Shown one piece after another: positions 57,364 to 64,000 of a DNA stretch of 64,000 nucleotides; positions within the stretch are counted from its first letter, which is position 1, and each line of letters starts with the position of its first letter. Source of the DNA: Candidatus Omnitrophota bacterium. Lineage in GTDB: Bacteria > Omnitrophota > Gorgyraeia > Gorgyraeales > Gorgyraeaceae. The position numbers and the translations under genes were made by a program. The DNA is taken from positions 11,437 to 75,436 of the forward strand of contig JAPLMD010000054.1 of the NCBI GenBank assembly GCA_026387235.1, in the 5' to 3' direction. The notes under the pieces are model-generated. The model was not told the origin of the DNA. It searched no databases and was given only the letters and a program-made list of their open reading frames with translations.

Positions 57364-58149
57364 TTAACCTCCTCTGGAAAGCTTCTTGATCAAATCTTTG
57401 GCAACCTTTTCGCCAGCAAGAAGCATTCCGCCAAATATCGGCCCCATCCGCGGACCACCGAAAACCGCATTTGCGCACATGCCACAGACATATAAACCGG
57501 AACAAACTTCCTTTGAATTTTTCACAATTGTTTCTTCTCCCAACTCCGCCCACATGGATTCCTCTCCCAAAGTTTTTCCGGTTCTAGTCTTAAGCCTTAT
57601 CCCAGACTTTCTTTCAACAATACGAGTTACTTCCGCCGGGTGGCCTGTCGCATCCACAACGACTTTAGCACGCATAGTAATTGGGTCAACGTGCAAGTTC
57701 GCCATTTCAACCGCAGTCCAGTTCAATACTAAACCCACCACTTTTTTACTCCGCACCATTACGTCCTCAACACTCATCAGGTTAAAAATTTTCAACCCTG
57801 CCTTTATTGCTTTAGAACAAATAGTTGATACTGACTCTACGGAATCCGCTAAATAATAACCGGGTTCATAGCGTCTGCTTTTAATGCCAAATTCCTCGAG
57901 AATGCCTTTAGCCTTATCCTGCACCACTATTTCATTAAACATGATCCCGCCACCCCACATGCCACCGCCAACCGAAAGCTTCCTTTCAAAGAGTACTACT
58001 TTTTTCCCTGCCTTAGCCAGATAATAACCACATACCATACCAGCAGGGCCTGCTCCAACGATAGCGACATCAACGTCAAGCGCATCAATTAACTTGCTGC
58101 TATATGATTCAATGATAGCCTTGGAAATTTTGATTTCATCTAACTGCAT
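57364..58149 (-). CDS. thi4: Thiazole synthase Thi4, His-type (sulfide-dependent)
   Basis: [35 protein letters not shown]. Confidence 0.94.
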   Translation of the reverse strand: MQLDEIKISKAIIESYSSKLIDALDVDVAIVGAGPAGMVCGYYLAKAGKKVVLFERKLSVGGGMWGGGIMFNEIVVQDKAKGILEEFGIKSRRYEPGYYLADSVESVSTICSKAIKAGLKIFNLMSVEDVMVRSKKVVGLVLNWTAVEMANLHVDPITMRAKVVVDATGHPAEVTRIVERKSGIRLKTRTGKTLGEESMWAELGEETIVKNSKEVCSGLYVCGMCANAVFGGPRMGPIFGGMLLAGEKVAKDLIKKLSRGG

Positions 58150-58201
58150 GGGCTTCTCCTTTCTTAATATTTATCCCCATACTTATTGATAAACTAATGA
58201 T

Positions 58202-58237
58202 AAAACAAAAAACCCTTATGCCAATTGCATAAGGGTT
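58202..58237 (-). terminator. Intrinsic terminator of the TPP riboswitch expression platform
   Basis: AACCCTTATGC-AATTG-GCATAAGGGTT-TTTTGTTTT. Confidence 0.85.
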
Positions 58238-58249
58238 CTACACACTAAC

Positions 58250-58356
58250 TTCCTTCCCTCCGCTGGCATTATCCAGATCAGGTTATTAGGGTAATTCGCT
58301 TTGCACCTGAAGGATGCGTGCGAAACTCTCAGGCCGTTATACGACCTCCCCCAATG
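58250..58356 (-). ncRNA. TPP riboswitch
   Basis: GGGGG...CTGAGA...ACCC...ACCTGATCTGGATAATGCCAGCGAGGGAAG upstream of thi4. Confidence 0.93.
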
Positions 58357-58921
58357 TTATATTGTCTAAATTATACTAAAGAGCACTTAAGAAATCAAAC
58401 AAAATTTAAACTAAGTAGACAACCAGAAAGATTCTATTCAGAGAATTTCCTCTGGAGTTTCTATAAGCGAGGAAAGCGCTCTCTATATAAGAGAGGAATT
58501 GGCCAAATATTCGGATATTCTCGCTGATTTAGAGAGGCCTCCTACACAGAGAGCTGAAATGACTATTTTACCGACGGGAACAAACTGCTAACGCCCTAAC
58601 CATCGCAAACGTTAGGAGATAAAGCGCTCCGGCAATCGATATCCGTCGGGGCGTTGTCACAACTCATTGCAGCACAATGAGTTAGAAAGCTGGGGTCCCT
58701 CTCGTATGAGCCGAGGGGAAACCTCTCTGATTTACACAGGCTAATTATATACGCAATACTTCACTATATCAAGAATATTTTGGCTTTAGAGAGGGATTTT
58801 ATGGCGAATTACTGGCCTGGTGACGGACAAAAGGGCTTGAAATTTGTCCGTTTTGTCCACTATTTTTTGTGTGGGAATGACATAACTATTTGAAAGGCAA
58901 AACGTTATTATTTGTCTTCTC

Positions 58922-58972
58922 TTAGAAGCAAATTTGTGGGTTATCGTCTACGATGAGAATTTTTTCGTTCAT
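58922..58972 (-). pseudogene. 5' stub of a receiver-domain gene
   Basis: RBS-like AAGGGG, then MNEKILIVDDNPQICF*. Confidence 0.6.
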
Positions 58973-59015
58973 TTCTAACCCCTTCTCTATGCGACATGTT
59001 TAACTTAAGGTAACC

Positions 59016-59783
59016 CTAATCGCCCTCCGCGATAATCAGCTTTGACATAACAACAAGTTCAAGGTATAAGAAATCAAAGGGTTTCAGCACATATCCATAC
59101 GCCCCCAACTCTATTGCCTTTTTGACCTTTTCGTCATCCTGAACGCCAGTTACCATTACCACTCCGAGCTTAGGATTTATCTCTAGAAGGTTCTTTAAGG
59201 TATCTAATCCATCCATCCCCGGCATTTTCATATCCAGCAATACTACTGATATTTTCTCGGCCCGGGCCAGCCGCACAGCTTCCTCACCACTTCTCGCTTC
59301 TTGAGTTTTATATCCCTTACGGTTAAAAAACTCTCTCAAGACCCGGCGAATTCCTTCTTCATCATCTACTATTAAAACTATTTTTTCTTTTTTCTCAGAA
59401 GGCCATTGAAAGAGGCGGTCCTTAGACTTGATAATCTTTCCGATTTGCGCTACAAGCTGCAGGATATCAATGTCTTTACTTAAGACCTCATTGGCTCCGG
59501 CCTGCCTTGCCTCTATCTCAAGTTCTGGTGTTAGGGCTCCTGAATAAACCACTACCGGAATTTTTCTCTGGAACTCCCTTATTTTTTTCAGAATTGAAAT
59601 TCCGGATTCTCCCAAGGATAAGCGAACGTCTAAGAGTATAAGATCAAAGGGCTCTTTAAAAATAAGCTCCAGTGATTGCTGGGCAGTAGGGACTGTAACA
59701 ACTTCGTATCCCGCCATGGTAAAAGATTTACGCAGAAGCTCCCTTATGCGAACCTCATCATCTACAACCAAAATCTTTGGCAT
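59016..59783 (-). CDS. Response regulator with two receiver domains
   Basis: ILVVDDE...LLDVRL and VLIVDDE...LLDMKMPGMDG...KPF. Confidence 0.92.
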   Translation of the reverse strand: MPKILVVDDEVRIRELLRKSFTMAGYEVVTVPTAQQSLELIFKEPFDLILLDVRLSLGESGISILKKIREFQRKIPVVVYSGALTPELEIEARQAGANEVLSKDIDILQLVAQIGKIIKSKDRLFQWPSEKKEKIVLIVDDEEGIRRVLREFFNRKGYKTQEARSGEEAVRLARAEKISVVLLDMKMPGMDGLDTLKNLLEINPKLGVVMVTGVQDDEKVKKAIELGAYGYVLKPFDFLYLELVVMSKLIIAEGD

Positions 59784-59785
59784 AA

Positions 59786-60901
59786 CTACAACCTACCTTC
59801 CGAAAAATAAATTGACACCTTTACAGGTATCGAGCTTAACTGGCCTTCTTTTAATTCTAGTTTACCAAATTCTGTAAAAATAAAACCCATGACTTGGATA
59901 TGTTTTTTCAATTTTTCCATTTCTGTTTTTGGAATAGAAAAAACGAATAATTCTCCTGATTCATAGTCGATTGAACCGCCTATACTCTGAATAATTTCTA
60001 ATAATTTATCTTTTTGCTGAGTCGACATCAGAACTACATGCCAGTGAAAAACATTTGCAATCTGAGTTTTTACATTATCAAAATAAAGAGTGACACGGTT
60101 CTCCTTATCTTTTGAAATAGGCGTCCCAGTAGTGAAATCGCGTAACGGAATGTTTTGCTTAGAGCTAGAAATAACCTGTTCAATTACCTTATCTATTTTT
60201 TCACCCGTGGCATTAAAAATAATCAGGTCTTGAGTTTTATATTCCGGCATAATACTTAAACTATTAAGCGCATCTAATAGTTTTCTTTTTTCTGCCTCTT
60301 CAGCATACAAGAGATGCCAATGTAGCGGCTTTGGCTTAACAATACCGACTTCTTTAGAAGCCGAAGGCACAGTAACGGCTGAGGGCTTCTCAGCGATTTC
60401 GTCTTTCTGGGAAGGCCCTAATGCCTCCTTAATTTCTTTTAACTCTTCTAAAAGCATTGCTGCCTCTTGGTCACTCGGAGGTTTTTGTTCTGCAATTATT
60501 TGCTTTGTGATTATGGGAGTCTCGGATACTTTTTGGGAAACTTTAAATTTTTTAAAATATGCAATTCCTAAAAAAAGAGTTACTACGACAAAAATTGATA
60601 CGGCAATTACGACCGCCCGTCTTTTAAAAATGGCGGGCTTGGCTGCTGGAGGAACCGCTGGTGTAGGATGTTTAAGGTTAAAAATAACCGTAGAAACAAA
60701 ATCGGACGGAACTTCAATATCACCCAATTTCCATAGTTGGTTAGATAAAGCACTGATAGATCGAACATAATCCCTGCATTTGGGACAACTTTCAATATGG
60801 ACAACAAATGCCTGATACTCCTCTTCTGCGAGCATATCTTCTAAGAAGGGCTTTAACTTATCTTTTACTTCACTGCAGGTTATAACAAATTCATCCCTCA
60901 C
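59786..60901 (-). CDS. zf-HC2 (ZAS) anti-sigma factor with TM and duplicated extracytoplasmic domain
   Basis: C...HIESCPKC, one TM, two HWH-initiated repeats. Confidence 0.85.
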   Translation of the reverse strand: MRDEFVITCSEVKDKLKPFLEDMLAEEEYQAFVVHIESCPKCRDYVRSISALSNQLWKLGDIEVPSDFVSTVIFNLKHPTPAVPPAAKPAIFKRRAVVIAVSIFVVVTLFLGIAYFKKFKVSQKVSETPIITKQIIAEQKPPSDQEAAMLLEELKEIKEALGPSQKDEIAEKPSAVTVPSASKEVGIVKPKPLHWHLLYAEEAEKRKLLDALNSLSIMPEYKTQDLIIFNATGEKIDKVIEQVISSSKQNIPLRDFTTGTPISKDKENRVTLYFDNVKTQIANVFHWHVVLMSTQQKDKLLEIIQSIGGSIDYESGELFVFSIPKTEMEKLKKHIQVMGFIFTEFGKLELKEGQLSSIPVKVSIYFSEGRL

Positions 60902-61376
60902 GATTCAATATCTCCTCAATCTCTTTTCTTAAGCTGAATCGGGTCTCTTCTATCTGAACTCTCGCATTATTCTCAGAAATACCCACAATAGCTGATATGT
61001 CTTTATAGGGAAGGTGAAGTTGGTCGCGCAATAAAAGCAGCGCCTTTGTCTCGAAAGAAAGCTTCACAAGGGCGGTTTGAACTATGCGCAGAGACCTTTT
61101 TTCTTCAGCGGAGGAATACATACTGTCAATCTCATCAAGATTCGGCATTGTTTTTATATCCCGACTCTTTCCGAACACAACGCTAATAACCCGGGTAAAA
61201 AAAACGTCACCTTTCTCAAGAGAGTACCCTTTCCTAATTGCCTCGGCAAAACTGGATGCTGCAACTTCATAGGCTTTATCTCGATCCCCTCCAATCAGAT
61301 ATAAAGCAAACGCGAGAATCTTTTGTTGATAACGGGAAATAAGTGATTTTAAAGTCTCTTCGTTTTTGGCAAACAT
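60891..61376 (-). CDS. ECF-type sigma factor (divergent)
   Basis: RYQQKILAFALYL; region 4 LLLRD-LPYKDISAIVGISENNARV; adjacent to an anti-sigma. Confidence 0.8.
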   Translation of the reverse strand: MFAKNEETLKSLISRYQQKILAFALYLIGGDRDKAYEVAASSFAEAIRKGYSLEKGDVFFTRVISVVFGKSRDIKTMPNLDEIDSMYSSAEEKRSLRIVQTALVKLSFETKALLLLRDQLHLPYKDISAIVGISENNARVQIEETRFSLRKEIEEILNREG

Positions 61377-61401
61377 CTCTTACTTTCTCTTTCTTTTGCT
61401 C

Positions 61402-62718
61402 TTATCCCGTCCGGTCTATTTCTAGCGCGGAGTTTTGTATCAATTGAATAGCAGGTATTCTAATAGTGAACGTAGCGCCCTCGCCTGCGGTACTTGCTAC
61501 GTCAATCTTACCTTTATGTCTTGCAATTATACCGTAGGCAATGGCAAGCCCTAAGCCGGCTCCTTTTTCCGGTTCTTTAGCAGTAAAAAATGGCTCGCCG
61601 ATCCGCTTTAAATCATCCTGCTTTATTCCTGTGCCTGTGTCAGTGAAAATGATTCCCACTAGCTCTTTATCTTTAAGATATTCTGTTTTTATGGTAAGCG
61701 TTCCCCCCTTTGGCTTTCCGGATACAGCATCCAATGAGTTTAAAATCAAAGTTACAAAGACTTCTTGGATTTCGTCTTTGTCTCCCAGAATTAACGGAAT
61801 CTTGGGCTTTAGCACCCTTTCAACAGCCATTTTAGAATATCTCACAAGCGGCCAGGTTAACTCGAACGCATCCTCAATAGCCTTATTTATATCTGTCGGC
61901 GCAAATTCTTTTTCTGGTTCTTTAGAAAATCTGGCAAGTCGATAGACTAAATTGGCGCATCTGGATTCTGAATCTATAATGGATTTTAATCTCTCTCTTT
62001 GTTCTCCGCTTTGACCTTCAATAATCGATAACATTTGTATATTGCCTTTGATGGTAGCTAAGTAGTTTAGTATATCGTGTGCTGTTCCTCCGACGAGGTA
62101 GCCGGTTGCCAAAAGTTTGTGCATATATCTTAATGAATCTTCCTGTCTTTTTCTTTCCAAAAATTTTATCACGCCGGATGAATGAGCACTGAAATATCCA
62201 AAGGCAAACATAAAAGCCACGTTGCCCAAGAGCAGGCTAAACATCTGCGCGGCGGGCATCTTATAATTAAAATAACTAATTGCCGGCAACGCCCCAAAAT
62301 GCTCAAGAATTATAACCAACGAAAAGAAGATACTTGAAGAGAACACGGCGAAAAGTACAGCCGCGGCCCCAGAAACAACCCCTGCCCACAGAATAACCGC
62401 ATAATAGACGATACTAACAATGGGAGCCTCTAACCCACCCATTAAATACAGTACCCAGGAAATTACAATGATATCGGCAATCATTTGATAAAACTGAAAC
62501 CGATAGATATTAACCTTTTTAATAAGGAAAGTATAAGGCTGATTCAAAATGGCCTCTACAAAAATAAGAGCGACAAACGTGAAATTAAAATAAGGATAGC
62601 CTCCGCAGAGCTTCATTAAAATGAGAAGAATAAAAAGCAGAAAGAAACTTATAAATCTTATCTTTCCAGCCCACTGATATTTCTTTATTAATTCGCTGCG
62701 TAACTTGTCATCTGCCAT
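61402..62718 (-). CDS. Membrane histidine kinase (NtrB-like)
   Basis: About 6 TM, AHDILN, NSLDA, DTGTG, EPFFT, GAGLGL. Confidence 0.9.
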   Translation of the reverse strand: MADDKLRSELIKKYQWAGKIRFISFFLLFILLILMKLCGGYPYFNFTFVALIFVEAILNQPYTFLIKKVNIYRFQFYQMIADIIVISWVLYLMGGLEAPIVSIVYYAVILWAGVVSGAAAVLFAVFSSSIFFSLVIILEHFGALPAISYFNYKMPAAQMFSLLLGNVAFMFAFGYFSAHSSGVIKFLERKRQEDSLRYMHKLLATGYLVGGTAHDILNYLATIKGNIQMLSIIEGQSGEQRERLKSIIDSESRCANLVYRLARFSKEPEKEFAPTDINKAIEDAFELTWPLVRYSKMAVERVLKPKIPLILGDKDEIQEVFVTLILNSLDAVSGKPKGGTLTIKTEYLKDKELVGIIFTDTGTGIKQDDLKRIGEPFFTAKEPEKGAGLGLAIAYGIIARHKGKIDVASTAGEGATFTIRIPAIQLIQNSALEIDRTG

Positions 62719-62739
62719 GATTTTTCTTAAATTTCCTTA

Positions 62740-63114
62740 TTATGCTATTTGCAATTTGTTTTTTACTAAATCTAAAAGCGCAAAAAGGTCTACAGGTTTA
62801 TAAAGTATATCTTTTATGGTATATCCAAAATCTTTTAATTCTTTTAGGTATTTACTGGTATCAATCGAACCAGTAAGAATAATCGTCGGCTGCTTCCTAT
62901 TTAACTTGTTCATCTCACTCAACACCTCAATACCGCTTATCTTGGGCATCTTCAGGTCTACAATCATTAAGTCTATTTTAATATCTGAACGCAAGAGCTC
63001 TATCGCCTCTTCTCCGCCTGTGGCCTCTGCAACCTCAAAACCCATTTTTATAAGGAATCCCTGCATAACTCTCACTATTTGAGGTTCATCATCAACAACT
63101 AAAATTTTATACAT
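62740..63114 (-). CDS. Single-domain response regulator
   Basis: ILVVDDE, VDLKMP, LTG, KP. Confidence 0.92.
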   Translation of the reverse strand: MYKILVVDDEPQIVRVMQGFLIKMGFEVAEATGGEEAIELLRSDIKIDLMIVDLKMPKISGIEVLSEMNKLNRKQPTIILTGSIDTSKYLKELKDFGYTIKDILYKPVDLFALLDLVKNKLQIA

Positions 63115-64000
63115 TATCCATCCTTCCTTAAAGGCAAGAGTATAGTTGCAATTGTGCCTTTATGTAATTCACTCTTGAATTTTAACTCTCCGTTATGGGC
63201 CCTGATGATACCGCAACATACCGATAGGCCAAGTCCTGTCCCCTTTTCTTTGGTGGTAAAGAATGGCTCAAATATCCTGCCCATTACTTCATTTTCCATA
63301 CCGCATCCTGTATCCTTAAAATCTATTTTCAAAAAATTACCTGCCAGAGATGTGCTTATAGTAATAACCCCGCCTTTAGGCATAGCCTCTTTGGAGTTGT
63401 TTAAGAGATTCATAAACACTTCTGCCAGCTGTTGCTCGTCTACTGATATAATAGGCAGGTCTTTAGTATAATCTCTTATTATCTCTATGGAGGACAGCTC
63501 AAATTGGTGTCCCACAATACCCACTACTGCCTCTATGCTCTTATTGATATCTATTTCTCTAAGTTCGCCTCTGCTCGGCCGGGAGAATTTAAGCAGCCTC
63601 TGAATAATATCCTTTGCCTTGCGGCACTCATCAAAAATAATCTTAAGATTTTCTTTTACGTTTTCGTTCTGTATCTCTTCCATTAAAGAAATCTGGGCGT
63701 TACCTGAGATAATCATTAGGGGATTATTTACCTCATGTGCCATATCGGCTACGAGTTCTCCTAATTGAGCGAGCCGCTCCCTCTTTTCCATCTCTTTGTG
63801 TTCAGTGATATCACGATAGGCGCTTAAGAATATCTTGCGGCCCTTATACAAAGCCAGAGATGACCATATGAGAATACATTTTAATTGTCCGTCCTTTGTA
63901 AGAATTCTCATCTCGACCTCGCGGCAAGTACCCCTTTCAAGAAGCTCTTTAATCCCTTGCAATGCACGCTGCTGGTCTTGTGGATCAGGGTAAAGTACCT
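63114..64000 (-). CDS. PAS histidine kinase, 5' end outside the window
   Basis: PAC (RDITE), AHEVNNPL, DTGCG, PFFTTK-GTGLGL; frame stays open to the window edge. Confidence 0.9.
   Translation of the reverse strand, partial: VLYPDPQDQQRALQGIKELLERGTCREVEMRILTKDGQLKCILIWSSLALYKGRKIFLSAYRDITEHKEMEKRERLAQLGELVADMAHEVNNPLMIISGNAQISLMEEIQNENVKENLKIIFDECRKAKDIIQRLLKFSRPSRGELREIDINKSIEAVVGIVGHQFELSSIEIIRDYTKDLPIISVDEQQLAEVFMNLLNNSKEAMPKGGVITISTSLAGNFLKIDFKDTGCGMENEVMGRIFEPFFTTKEKGTGLGLSVCCGIIRAHNGELKFKSELHKGTIATILLPLRKDG

Noticed and set aside
58318-58527. 69-aa plus-strand ORF
   Set aside because: It begins inside the TPP aptamer on the opposite strand and has no RBS or motif.
2093-63686. Many plus-strand ORFs antisense to minus-strand genes (for example 5658-6224, 8392-9030, 40283-40825, 45449-46117)
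   Set aside because: They are shadow frames of well-supported genes, Ser/Phe/Ile-rich and without motifs.

Overview
64 kb of AT-rich chromosomal DNA from a diderm bacterium. It carries LptF/G, TolC proteins, a TonB-dependent receptor and a secretin; the gene repertoire loosely resembles Candidatus Omnitrophota, but that is inference only. Most genes lie on the minus strand. In order: the start of a type II secretion/type IV pilus-like operon, a long coiled-coil protein and a two-component pair; housekeeping genes (rluA-like, comF, lptFG, ahcY, metK, pgi/pmi, ptsI/ptsH/yvcK/ptsN); four tRNAs (Arg, Lys, Leu, Gly); radC and rlmN; a MarR-TolC-RND operon; a glycerol cluster whose glpK has an internal deletion; an rlmD-like gene; TonB-dependent receptor and exbBD; a DEAD-box helicase; a MacAB-TolC operon; pabB, purC, pckG; a TPP riboswitch with thi4; and an ECF sigma/anti-sigma/two-component cluster. 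The most unusual signals are non-coding. (1) A conserved structured element lies downstream of two different tRNAs. Each copy ends in a 21-bp duplicate of its own tRNA's 3' end, cut at the same T-loop position, and starts with an inverted repeat matched to that tRNA. (2) Two dispersed palindromic repeat families with tandem G.A mismatches sit against tRNA CCA ends and ribosome-binding sites, and one copy is translated in frame inside rlmD. (3) An ATT-initiated Cys/His microprotein follows an attenuator-like leader upstream of the DEAD-box helicase. (4) A rearrangement scar surrounds thi4.
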